Origin: Malacoraja senta
Taxonomy: Eukaryota
Assembly: GCA_038087875.1 (NCBI GenBank)
Contig: CM075990.1
Span: forward strand, 15,068,001-15,132,000
DNA length: 64,000 nt
Direction of reading: 5' to 3'
The notes beneath the pieces are model-generated. The model searched no databases, was not told the DNA's origin, and worked only from the letters and a program-made list of their open reading frames with translations. Positions within the stretch are counted from its first letter, which is position 1. Each line of letters starts with the position of its first letter. Made by a program: the position numbers and the translations under genes. Positions 49,205 through 61,425 of this stretch are shown here, piece after piece.

Positions 49205-49545
49205 CGGGCCTGTCCCACTTACGCGAGTTTTACGGCGACTGTCGGCACCCGTCATAGGTCGTCGCAGGTCACCGAAAAATTTCAACATGTTGAAAATCCA
49301 GCGGCGACCAGAAAGACGCTACGACTCATTGGGCGACTGATGAGACTGCTCACGACCATACAGGCGACAACCCGGTGACATGCCGCAGGGTGAAGCCTCT
49401 ATGGTCGTGAGTAGTCGCCCAAAGAGTCGTACCTTGTTCTGGTCGCCGCTCGATTTTCAACATGTTGAAAATTTTCGCCGACCTGCGACGACCTATGACG
49501 GGTGCCGGCAGTCGCCGAAAAAGTCGTGTAAGTGGGACAGGCCCG
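49205..49545. mobile_element. Harbinger-type MITE, family D
   Basis: CGGGCCTGTCCCACTTAC...GTAAGTGGGACAGGCCCG; TTA at 49202-49204 and 49546-49548. Confidence 0.92.
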
Positions 49546-50593
49546 TTAATGACAGGGCTACCTTTCTTCATGTATATAATCACTTCAACTTGGTTTTCAA
49601 ATGTGTATGTGGCACAAAGTTGGAAGACATAATGAACTAGTAAGAGGGTATAATGGATATATCTTCATAAATGGAATGTAGTGCTGAGAAATGATAAGTA
49701 TAATGTTTCAGTTAGAGGAATGAGAAATGACAAGATTAATTAGATGATCCATTTCAAAATGATTTGTGGGTAAATGTACTTAGTTATTTGAAACTGAATG
49801 GACAGTTTGAGAAAGAGTGTATGTGATCCTGAATTTTATAAATAGGGGAATAGAGTACAAGAATAAAGAGGTTTGGAACAAATGTGTCCTTTTCAGACTG
49901 GAAAGAGGTAATGGAGTACTGCAGGGATCAGTTCTTAGCCTGTATTTGTTCGTTGTTTATATTAAATTAACTGGAGGAAGGAACAGGACGTAAGGCTTCC
50001 ACATTTTCCAATGACACATAAATACGTGATAAGGATATTGCATTTCTACAAAGGGATTTGGGTTGAGTGAGTAGGCGAATGGCTGTCAAATGGAGTTTAA
50101 TGTGTGGTCAAGATGCACCGTGGTAAGAGAAATCCAAAAGGCAGATTATTATCTAAATGGAGAGAGACTGCAAAGGAATGAAGTACAGAGGGATCTAAAT
50201 GTTCCAATGCATCAATCACAAAAACCTAGCTGGCAGATCCATATATTAGCTGAGAAGGCCAGTGGCATTATGTCCTTCATTGCAAAGGCATTGGAGTTTA
50301 CAAATAGACCAGTTTTGGTGCAATTTTTCAGGATGTTGATGAGGCTCAGCTGAAATACTGCATACGGTTTTAGTCCCCTTACCTAAGCAAAGATAGAGTA
50401 ACAGATGAGGCAATACAAAGGGGGATTCACAGGCTAATTACAGAAATGAGAGAACTATCTTACTGAAGGCCACTAAATTGTTTGGGCCTGTATTTGTTGC
50501 AGTTTAGAAGAATGAATAAAGGTTTGAGTATCCTTATTCAAACATATAAGATTCTAAGGGAACCTGACATGGGAGATGCTGGGATATTTTCAT

Positions 50594-50956
50594 TAGACAA
50601 TAGACAATAGGTGCAGGAGTAGGCCATTCGGCCCTTCGAGCCATTCTTGCCTTCTTCCCATATCCCCTGACTCCGCTATCTTTAAGAGCCCTATCTAGAG
50701 TATCCAGAGAACCAGCCTCCACCGCCCTCTGAGGCAGTGAATTCCACAGACTCACCACTCTCTGTGAGAAAAAGTGTTTCCTCGTCTCCGTTCTAAATGG
50801 CTTACTCCTTATTCTTAAACTGTGGCCCCTGGTTCTGGACTCATCCCAACATCGGGAACATGTTTCCTGCCTCTAGCGTGTCCAAACCCTTAACAATCTT
50901 ATATGTTTCAATAAGATCCCCTCTCATCCTTCTAAACTCCAGCGTGTACAAGCCCA
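50594..50956 (-). mobile_element. Young CR1 3' fragment nested in an older CR1
   Basis: Reverse of the 30399 family; CATTAG at both junctions. Confidence 0.88.
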
Positions 50957-51212
50957 TTAGTGGGAGAATCACCAAAGAAGGACCATAACTACAAGATAAG
51001 AGGCTGGTCATTTAAAGATGATATACATATAAAGTTGTTCTCGTAGACACAGGGTCTAATGAACCTGCTTCCACAACCTGTCAGGCCAAAGAAGTCCAGA
51101 GATTCACCGCCACCTACAAGAACAACTTTACATGTAACTCAGCTTTGGTGATTCACCCATCCTTTTTTCTCCAGAGATGCTGCCTGACCCGCTGAGTTAC
51201 TCCACCACTTTG

Positions 51213-51760
51213 AAACATAGAAACATAGAAAATGGGTGCAGGAGTAGGCTATTCGGCCCTTTGATCATTCAATATGATCATGGCTTTCTCCCCGTATCCC
51301 TTGATTCTGTTAGCCCTAAGAGCTAAATCTAAAGGGACTGTCCCACCAGCATGCGACCTGCATGCGGCAAGCGCGACCAAACTGGAAGCGGGGGCCGCGC
51401 GGAGGTCGAGTGAGTGACGTGAAGTTCGAGCGAAGTCCGCGGGAAGTTCGCGTGTGACGTACGGCGTCAAGACGCTGCGCACGGCGTCGAGACGCTGCGC
51501 ACGCCCGTCGAGGCGGTTGCGGGCCGGCAGGCCGTAGCCGCGCGGAACATTTGAACAGTGTCAGTTTTTCGGAGCCCCGCGCGATGTCGGGACCAGCTCC
51601 GCACAACTCCATACGGCTCCGGCGATCGAAGTGGGACCGGCCCCGCGAGGCCGTATGGCTCAAGCGACCATGTTAGGTCGCGCTTGCCGCATGCAGTCGC
51701 ATGCTCGTTGTACAGGCCCTTAACTCTCTCTTGAAAACATCCAGTGAATTGGCCTTTGCG
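51213..51760 (-). mobile_element. CR1 3' fragment interrupted by a MITE
   Basis: (GAAACATA)n tail; the host sequence rejoins as GCTAAATC-TAA-CTCTCTC. Confidence 0.8.
51333..51720. mobile_element. Harbinger-type MITE, family C-related (388 bp)
   Basis: TIRs and one arm match 26306-26870; TAA at 51330-51332 and 51721-51723. Confidence 0.9.
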
Positions 51761-51794
51761 AATAGACACTTTGTGTCTATCTATGGAAACAATT

Positions 51795-52035
51795 GCCCAT
51801 CGAGTTGACACTGACCATCGATCACACTTCAATACGAGTTCCATGTTATCGCACTCTCGTATCCGCTCCCTATACACTGTGGGGAATTTACAAAACAGCA
51901 CGTCTTTGGGCTGAGAGAGGAAACCCACCCAGTCACAGGGAAAACATGCAAACTCAACACAGACAGCATCGAAGGTCTGCATCGTCTCTGGCGTTGTGAG
52001 ACAGCCGCTCTACCAGCTGCACCACCATGCTGCCA
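51795..52035 (-). mobile_element. Diverged V-SINE
   Basis: CATGCAAACTC..ACAGACAGC; head CACCACCATGCTGCC. Confidence 0.7.
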
Positions 52036-52466
52036 TACCTTTGCCATGTGAAATGCCAAACATGTGCAGGAGTGAAGGTTATTTAACCTCCGTAAATCCA
52101 TCCGGGTGCATTTAATAAAACTTGTCAAGAAATCTTCTGCATTTCTAATAGACTAGTAGTGGTGACATGATTGTTGCATTTAAGAAAGACCCTTATAATA
52201 ATACTGACTGAAAGATACAGAGGATTTTCTAAGTATGGAACTTTCTTGATCAGACCATCTAGGACACGCAAAGTGGACGCTAAATGAAAGAGAATTTGAG
52301 CTTCTTTGGACACTAAGAGGGGAGTGGGAGTCATTGTTGGCTAAACCATTTACTGGGGATGAATGTATGGCATAATGAGATGCAGAAATGGAATGGGCTG
52401 CATGATAACTATATTTAAAATTATCAGGTAATTGGAAGGAATGTATATTTTTACAAAAGTGAAAAT

Positions 52467-52788
52467 GGGCGGCATGGTGGCGCAGCGGTAGAGTTGCTGC
52501 CTTACAGTGCTAGAGACCCAGGTTCGATCCTGAGTACGGGAGCTGTCTGCACGGAGTTTATACGTTCTCCCCGTGACCTGCATGGGTTTGCTCCAGGTGC
52601 TCTGGTTTCCTCCCACACTACAAAGACATCCAGGTTTGTAGGTTAATTGGCTTTGGTAAGAATTGTAAATTGTCCCTCATGTGTAGGATAGAGCTAGCGT
52701 ACGGGGTGATCCCTGGTCGGCGCGTACTCAGTGGGCTGAAGGGCCTGTCTGCGTGCTGTATCTCTAAGCTAAACTAAATTAAACTAAA
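52467..52788 (+). mobile_element. Full-length V-SINE (HE1-like) with intact Pol III boxes
   Basis: A-box TGGCGCAGCGG 52478-52488, B-box GGTTCGATCC 52521-52530, (CTAAA)n-like tail. Confidence 0.92.
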
Positions 52789-53079
52789 GGGAAATATTCC
52801 TCTAAACTGTGATATTCTTTTAATTTATTAATTGGGTCTGTTGATTCTGGGCCAGGAGTTCGAATTGCACTCAAACTGTTGTTGAAAGTTACTTCAGTTC
52901 TGACTGTGGAGAAAGGGGGATGCACTTGCAACATACTGGGCAGGCGTAGAATGCAGATTACTTGCAGTTGGGTGCAACTTAGCAGCGTTGCTGGCAAATA
53001 CCCATCACTATGTGGGAAGAAGAAAAGAGACAAGGAAAAGTGCATTGCACAATTTCAGGGCTTGGCAAAATAGTTAACA

Positions 53080-53710
53080 ACCAATTATGTAGTGTGGAGT
53101 CACTAACGTTTTGTAGTCACTGTGCTGATCTTGCAGCCAATTTGAGTGCCGGACTGTACTAGGAATATCTTTGCTCATTGAAGATAAATTTTGGCCAGAA
53201 TTTCACAGAGTTATTTCTGCTCTTTTTGAAGATAGAACTATTAAACTTTCTGCAGCGATCCGAGAGGATATCTTATCCAAACATTGCTACGGTTTTGGTT
53301 TATCATTGTCATGTGTACTGAGGTACAGTGTAAATCTATATTTGGAATGCTATCTGATCGGATAAGATATACCATACGTAAATATAAATCGTCAAACTCA
53401 AGTACAATAGGTAGAGCAAAGGGGAAGATACAGAGTGCAGAATATAGTTTTCAATGTAGCCATCAGTTCCAGAGATAAAGTCCAATGTCCGCAATGGGAT
53501 AGAAGTGAATCAGACAGTACCCGAAATTATGGAAGGAACGTTCAGAAGCCCAATAACAGAAGGGAAGAAACTGTTCATGAATCTGGTGGTATTTCTTCAA
53601 TAGTGCATGGGTTGCTAGCCTGGGTAAATTGCAGAAATACCTGGATCAGAATGTGACCCACAATCTTTTGAAGCAGAGTTGAGATTGCTTTGTCAGTTGA
53701 AGCTGATCAC
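53080..53710 (-). mobile_element. Ancient DeuSINE-like copy split by a Rex-type fragment (~53290-53590)
   Basis: GCAGCCAATTTG, TTGAAGATAAATTTTGGCCAG, CTGCTCTTTTTGAA; a + strand relic lies at ~54025-54225. Confidence 0.45.
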
Positions 53711-55046
53711 TGACATGGCAAAATTCACTCACGCAATGAAGGAAGTGTTGTAGAAAAAGTTGAATATGAGATATACGTTTAAAGCAAAGTAGAGCACCAT
53801 TTGGGCAGGAGTTTTATGCAGATGAAGCCTTGCCTCAATGATACCATTCTAACTTCTGATTTGAAAGCTAAAGTGGTTCAGTCACCATTCAATTGTTTTC
53901 CCGTGACTTTCAGTCTGAAGAAGGATCTCGACCCAAAACGTAACGCATTCCTTCTCTCCGGAAATGCTGCCTGTCCCGCTGAGTTACTCCAGCTTCTTGT
54001 GCCTACCATTCAATTGAGGCTGTCGAAGGCATCTTTGCAATGATATGTTAAACCAAAATTTGCAAAAACCAAATGCCAGCAGAGAAGAGGAAGTTTTCCT
54101 CCTATCTCACCCAATTTATGCCCCTCATTAAACATCTGGACTCTTTATGATGTCTGTTTATGGGATCTCACCGCATGCAAATTTTCTTCAGTGACCATAC
54201 TTGGACAGAAGCACTTCACTGGTACGTTAACTGGCCTTTATATATTGCCCCTAATTTTCAGATGAGTAGTTGAATCAGGAAGTGTGTATGGAAGGGTGGG
54301 GTGTAGGGGGTGGGTGAGGGGGGGGGGGTTAAGAGGGAGGAGTAGGTACATTGTGGGGAACAACAAGACAAATATGGTTTGGAGTAGGATCAGAGTAAAA
54401 ATGGGTGTTTTTTGATCAGCGTAGACTTGATGGGACGAAGGGCCCTTTTCCACGCCGTATCTGTCCATGGCTCTATGACTGTATTCAGATGATTACACAT
54501 GCTACTGATTGATAACGTTCCCCTCTGCTGTATTGTAAAGACACCAAATAAGAAAAGATGGAAGAAAAAAAATTGCATCCTCTGCAATAACATTTGTGAC
54601 AAAAGTTATAAGGATTAAGAATGTTTCTTATGCCTCGTTTTTCTTTATTAGCAGTGACTCAATAAAAATTCCTATACAGTGCAATTGTGAACGGAAGACG
54701 TGATTCTTCAACCTTATTACATTTATGGCTGAGGTTTGTGGATCTGGAAATTCGTCCATCTTTGCCAGTGCTAATCACACTGCATTGGCGGGGTTGCACA
54801 TTGCACTCTGCACCAAATTGAATCTCAGACGCAATTATATGCCTATGCAGCCCGTTTAGCATTGCTGTTCTCGAGTGATTTATAGAAGCAATTCTAATAG
54901 CTTTTACGAAATGAATTCACCATTATCTGCTGAAGGATGCCATCATTAACTTTTATGATGGAAGATGTAGGGGAGAAACTTGTTGGCATTCCCAACAGCT
55001 CAGTATTGATTTCTCCACTTCATTGCCACCAAAGGGAATCAAATGG

Positions 55047-55656
55047 GCAGCACTGTGGCACATCACTCCATCACAGGGCAGAGATCTGACTGTGGGTGCT
55101 GTCCGTGTGGAGTTTGCACATTCTCCCAAGACCACGTGAGTTTCATCCAGGTGCTCCAGTTTCTTCCCACCTCTCAAAGGCATGCAGGCTTGTCAATCAG
55201 TTGGCCTCTATAAATTACCCCTAATGTGTAGGGAGTGGATGAGAAAGTTGGATAACAGAACTAGCGTTAGCAGACGATCGATGTTCCACATGGACTCAGT
55301 GGGCCAAAGGTATAGGAAGGAACTGCAGATACTGGTTTAAACCGAAGATAGACACAAAGTGCTGGAGTAACTCAGCGAGACAGGCAGCATCTCTGGAGAG
55401 AAGGAATGGGTGATGTTTCGGGTCGAGACCCTTCTTCAGACTGAGGGTCACGACAAAGGGAAACGAGAGATATAAACGGTGATGTACAGAGATATAGAAC
55501 AAATAAATGAAAGATATGCAAAAAATTAACAAATGAATGAACGATATGCAGGGTCTCGACCCGAAACGTCACCCATTCCTTCTCTCCAGAGATGCTGCCT
55601 TTCCCGCTGAGTCAGTGGGCCGAAGGGCCTGTTTCCATGCTGTATGTTTAAACTAA
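55047..55656 (+). mobile_element. V-SINE interrupted by an inverted Penelope pair (55311-55611)
   Basis: TCAGTGGGCC(A/G)AAGG duplicated at 55296-55310 and 55612-55626. Confidence 0.82.
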
Positions 55657-56099
55657 ACAAGAGACATGATGTCAGTGGACAAACATGGCATGGAGGTAAA
55701 AGATGAGCCATGAATAGGGGGGCAGGAGCGAGGGGCAGAATGACCTGCTTTTATTTCTCATGTTCCTTTGAACAAATTCAGCATTCCCGCAAAGCTTTTT
55801 TTTTATCCGCGGTTTGCAGGCAAGATTTGATCCACTCAACATTCCTGATGGAATTATGTAGTACAAGCCTGTTTAGAATTGGTACTGCATGGGAGAGCAA
55901 ATTCTCAGCAGAAATCCACAAAAAGCAGATTTCTACTTCATACAAAGGTCAGTGAAGAGTGTAAATAGTGCACCACAGGCAGAAAGTTCCCGCCTTTAGT
56001 GACCTTGTCGCTCTGTAACAAATGCTACTTCTAACCCCACTTATGTCCGTAGCTAACTCAAAAAATTGGATGGAAAATAAAACCTATTTTGGATATTTT

Positions 56100-56430
56100 G
56101 GTAAATAACTATATTCTGCACTCTGTATCTTCCCCTTTGCTCTACCTATTGTACTTGAGTTTGACTCGGTTCCATTTATGTATTGTATTATCTTCTTACC
56201 TTCTTGTTTAGTACGGATGTCAGGGGTTATGGGGAGAAGGCAGGAGAATTAGGTTAGGAGGGTGAGATACATCAGGGAAGATTGAATGGAGGGAGATTGA
56301 ATGATGGGCCTAATGACCTAATTCTGCTCCTATCACTTATGACCTTATGATCTGATTAGATAGCATGCAAAACAAAGCTTTCCACTGTACCTCAATATAT
56401 GTGACAATAATAAACATAAACCTAAATATC
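56100..56430 (+). mobile_element. Rex-type tail with a nested CR1 tail (~56215-56350)
   Basis: GCATGCAAAACAAAGCTTTCCACTGTACC..GTGACAATAATAAAC. Confidence 0.6.
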
Positions 56431-59400
56431 TATGTGCCTGTTTTGTTTTGGTGGGGATTTACTTTTTTGCAATCCATGTCCGAGCTTCGGAAAGAAACTA
56501 GCCTGGCAAAGCATAACTTTATGAAAAAACTTTGCCAGAGCGCTTGATAATCTCATTTACTTTACAGTCAAATAACACTCTCTGTATATCCAAATAGAAG
56601 GTGTTGTCATTTGATAGAAAATGTTACAGTGCAATGTGCATCATGTTGGTTGGGGCCCTCGTTGCGTTTTTTCAAATGAGGCAAATTGATGTAAACCAGA
56701 GGAGATGGAGGTGGGGTTGGAATCATTAAAGCTCGTTCGAGGCAGCCATTGTACGCACTTCCAGTGCAGTTATCTACAGGCAGTCTCCGCTGTCCTTTCA
56801 GATGTTCCTCGTGTATCTCAGACTGGTCAATTTCTGCAGACTAAGTGCTCAAATTGAGCCATTTTCTTCACTTTAAAACAAACCCAGGCACATTATGCGT
56901 GATTTCTTATTCACCAGCCTGTTTGCAGGCCCCTTGCGTGGCGGTTTGATTGTAGAGTGCAACCTTGTGAGGGCCAGTGTTTTCACTACAGGCATGTCAA
57001 CTTCAATCTGCTCCGATTTGGTGTGAAATCTGTGCCATAGTGTGGGCCACTGAAGGTCAAACCCTGGTAATTGATGTTGCTTATTCATCTGTTTCCAGTG
57101 TCTTTTTCCACACATTGGGTTTTGTTTGGATAAATTGTTTGAAGATTTACTGTAGTTCTTAAACCCTGAGAAACAGCTCTGGTTAATCCGTGGTGTTGTT
57201 CCTGCCGCACAGTTTAAATGTCCCTTGTAGGCAGAAATCTCAGCCAAGATGACACATAATGGCACCAGACAAAAAAATCTTTTCCCAGCAAGATGTAGAG
57301 GACATCTTCTAGCGTAACAATTAGAGCAATTTCCAAACTAATTCACTATGAAATTAATTTGCAAAGCCATTTAAATAATGTTATAACAATGTTAATTGGT
57401 TAAAATATTCCAAAACACTTCTTAATGATAAAATATAAGCTTGGTATAAATCACGGCTCAAATTACAAATAATAGTACATCATAAAAAAATGCTTGTCCA
57501 AAATTGATATCCATGAAGTTATTCTAAAAGCTTAATTCATTCTATTTTGGATCATTACACACTTTACTGATGATGGAGGGAAGTGGCACCATTTGAAAAT
57601 TAGGTTAATGTAAATTTTTTGGAAAGTATTAACCTGCTAAACCTTAACGTTGCAGAGGAAAGCTCCAACCCATTTGTACTACTTCATTTTACCGTAATGC
57701 AAAATTAATTGTGCTTTTATCAAAAAAAAATCCAGCGGCAATTTTGCGATGCATAATGATAATGAGCCCTTAAAAATATACTTACTACAGTAAATGTTTG
57801 TAACTAACTCGAGTTGCCTTGTAAAGCAGTGCTTAGATTTTTGTTAGAGTATGTCTGTATTTTTTCTCTGTCATGATCTTTTAAAGTGGTTAGAATATTG
57901 GCTATTAGGTGACATTTTATGGTGCTTAAGTAAATGCAGATGGCAGGCATCTGTCTGTGTGTGTATTGTTGATATGTTGTGCCAAATTTTGTTCTTGAAT
58001 ATGCACAGGCTTGGGAGGAATGTAGTGTTGCTGTTTCACCCCGGTGCATCTTACACAATGGTAAACAGTGTTTATGGTGAATTAACAGAAGGGTAACGTT
58101 GGGATGGGCCTGTTGTATAAACAAAAGACAAGTCTGTCTTTTGTACTCTGGCACTCCTGAATTCACCCCAGCCCCCTTCCCTAATCAACTTCCACCCCCT
58201 CTATCACCGGTATTGTCATTTAAGGATTTTTCCTGTTGATATCGAAGTGTTTACCCTGTAGAACAGTTGACAAAGCAACAGCATTGTTAAGTGTTAACTT
58301 ACATCCATTTCACAACAAAATTAATTATAGAGGGTATGTCATTTTTATAGGAAAGATCAGAGAGCCATTTGGGAGCACAGGCTCCAAAACAAATCTTTGA
58401 TGTGGCAATCTTAAAAGTTTTGGTTGATTACACCATAAAGAAAAATTTTAATTGAATGCATTGACTGCAGAATAACACTTAATGATGTTGACAGCGGTTT
58501 GGACAGCTCAAATGTAAAAGGGTGTCTTAGACTTGCTGGGTCTTGTGAGATCTGATCCTCAACCACCAAAAACCAGCAGCTTATTAAAGAAATCCAACCT
58601 TGTGAACCATTTTAATTTGCCATGTTACAGCTTTGTGTTTAAGTAGCACTATAACAGAGTGGAAAAATACTTTTAACTATTTACTTAAAATAAGACTCTG
58701 TTATTTGTTAAGTGTATTTTTATATTTGCTCATGACATAATATCCTGATAAATATTCATATCTGTAAAATTATTTAGCAAAACGTAATCACTTGCCCTAA
58801 TTTAAAGTTTAGAACTTGCAAGTTTTTAGACTTTTCAACAATAAATACGTTTGCTAAAGTGCCTTTCTGTTTTAGCAATGCCTTTACAGTATAGACACAA
58901 GATGCTGGAGTAACTCAGCAGGACATCAGCATCTACAGTTTACATAACCTTTACAGTATATATTTGTTGGATTGTAATATGAACAACAGTTCTGTTTTTA
59001 TCTGCTCTGTTTGGAAGTTGCTCTAGTTTAAGAGTGGCATGAATATGGGTTCTGCTACACCACAATGGCTGAGTCAAATATGTATGAGTAGAGCATAAAC
59101 AGCAATGGTTTAGTTTGGGCCAGGTGCTATGCTATACGCAGTGTAATTCTCTACAATTCTACATTCTGTTGCCATATCCTTGTTGATATTTAAAATGAAA
59201 TGCATGTATTTTTAAGGTAATAAAAAGGAACTGCAGATGATGGCAAGATAGACAAGAAAAATGTTGGGGTAACTCATTGGGTCAGGCAGCATCTCTGGAG
59301 AGAAAGAACAATATTTTTAGTTGCTTATCTCTCATCTCTTTGGCCTTCTCCTCCACCTAGCCTCCATCTCTGTTGCCCTTTTAAAGTAGGAGTAGGTCAG

Positions 59401-59599
59401 TGCTACGAGAAGTGCTAGCAGGTGTAAGACAGTTTATTTAATCACTGAGGCGGCACAGTTGAATACAGTCTTGTTCTTAACCAAAGTGCAAATGTAAACT
59501 GGCAGGGGACAGTCACCAGATTATCATTGGGAGTATGAGACCCAATACTTTGCCTCCCTAACCCTAGGGCACTGCGCCTAATTGCAGTTTGTGAGTCCA

Positions 59600-60460
59600 G
59601 GGGATATAATTACTAAGTCCGTGGAGGACACAAAAATATGCGGTAGTGTTGTCAATGTGGAGGGCATTCTTCGGCTATGGGAAGATACTGATGAGAATAA
59701 AATGGGCAAAACAGTGGCAGATAATATATAATCCTGAGAAAATATGAGGTGATAGATTCTTTCAGGATTAGTAAATCTAGGATAGATATACTGATTTGTA
59801 GAAACCTGGGAAGAGGATAATTGATATGAATGTACTGGGGTCCATGAAGGCAGTTTCACAGGCATTTGGGATACTTGGCTTCAGAGACCAGGACATAGAA
59901 TATAAGAGTGTGAAGGCGATTGTAAACTATTTAAAACATTAGTTAGGCCAAAAATTGAGTTGTAACTGCAGTTCTGGTCACCATATTATAGGAAGAAAAG
60001 GATTGCACCAGAGGGGGCTCAGTGGAGATTCACCAAGATGTTGCCTGTGATTGTGTGTTTCCGCTATAACAGGGGAATAAATGAGCTGAGTTTGTTTTCC
60101 TCGGAGCAGAGGAAGCAGAGTCATAGAGTGATACAGTGTGGAAACAGGCCCTTCGGCCCAACTCGCCCACACCGGCCAACAATGTCCCAGCTACCCTAGT
60201 CCCACTTGCCTGCGCTTGGTCCATAACCCTCCAAACCTGTCCTATCCATGTTCCTGTCCAACTGTTTCTTAAACGATGGGATAGTCCCAGATTCAAGGAC
60301 CTCCTCTGGCAGTTATTCTCTGTTACAAGCCATTCGAAATTACGAGGGACGATAGACAGTAAGAAATGTCACCCCTTGTCAGATGTGTCAATGACCAGAG
60401 ATTATAGGCTTAAGGAGTATGAAATTTAGAGGAAATTTGAGTATCTTATTTTTACCCAGA
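59600..60460 (+). mobile_element. Old CR1 fragment with a nested minus CR1 tail (60117-60313)
   Basis: Decayed DTK.CGSV, LVRP..QFWSP motifs. Confidence 0.7.
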
Positions 60461-60548
60461 AATGTCACCTATCCATCCGTTCCAGAGATGTTGTCTGACC
60501 CGCTGAGTTACTCCAACACTTTGTGTCCTTCTTTGTAAACCAGCATCT

Positions 60549-61183
60549 TAATTTGAGAGGGGAACCTAATTTTAAAAAACTCAATGTCAGAACAACTCTT
60601 AAAAGTATGTGCATAGCAATCTGTGGGGTGAATTTGTGGAATGGTCTGGAACAGGAGATACAACTTAGCACAAACATAATTCAGTTTAAGAAGATGTACA
60701 AAAACACTTTTTTTAAAAGGATATTGGGATAGGTGATTGTGAGTGGGATATTTGTTATACTGATTGTATTGGGAAGGGTGATTATGGGGTGATGGGTTGT
60801 TTATATGACTAAGAGATACTGTATAGTATATGAGGGTTTTTTCTTTTCTTTTTTTCTTTTTTTCTCTCTTTTTTTATGTATGGCTTTGTAAATATTTGAT
60901 TAGTATAAATGTAAATAATTTGGTGTACATATAGCTGCTGGTGTACATATGGTGTACATATAGCTGCTAAATTTGTATAAGATAATTATAAGCAGTTGAA
61001 TAATGGGTGGGAATGAATAAGCTTTGGCTTCTTCCTGCTCCTTTTCGGACACATACGATTTCATTTATTTATAAATGATTCTTTATAAATATTCTTGTTT
61101 TGTTTTTTTGTATGCTGTTTCACACTTGCTTTTTTATTCTTTTATTCTGTTCGAAATAAAGAATTAAATAAATAAATAAATAT
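60549..61183 (+). mobile_element. Crack/L2-group LINE 3' end
   Basis: NLRGEPNFKKLNVRTTLKSMCIAICGVNLWNGL..FKK, long T-rich 3'UTR, GAAATAAA..(TAAA)n tail. Confidence 0.75.
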
Positions 61184-61186
61184 ATC

Positions 61187-61425
61187 TTGAGAGGGGAAAG
61201 ATTTTGTCGGAACCCAAGCGGAATATGTTTCACAGAGGGTGGTGGGTTTCTGGAAGGAGCTGCCAGAAGGTACAATAACGACATTTAAAAGATAGGTCAT
61301 CAGGTAAAAGGGCAGGTACATGGAGAGAAAAGGTGTACCGGGCAAATGGGACTAGTTTTGATTGGGCATCTTGGTCGGCAAGAAACAAGTTGGGCTGAAG
61401 GACTTGTTTCCATGCTGACTCCACT
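61187..61425 (+). mobile_element. Old CR1 3' fragment
   Basis: GAGAGGGGAAAGATTT..CACAGAGGGTGGTGGG..GGGCTGAAGGACTTGTTTCC. Confidence 0.7.

Larger units (their letters stand above)
48850..51050 (+). mobile_element. Old fragmented CR1 ORF2 with nested elements
   Basis: FQKPFD, MEFNV, YYLNGERL..QRDL remnants. Confidence 0.7.

Noticed and set aside
52467..52540. Possible tRNA gene
   Set aside because: The A/B boxes belong to a SINE head that continues into the V-SINE core and CR1 tail
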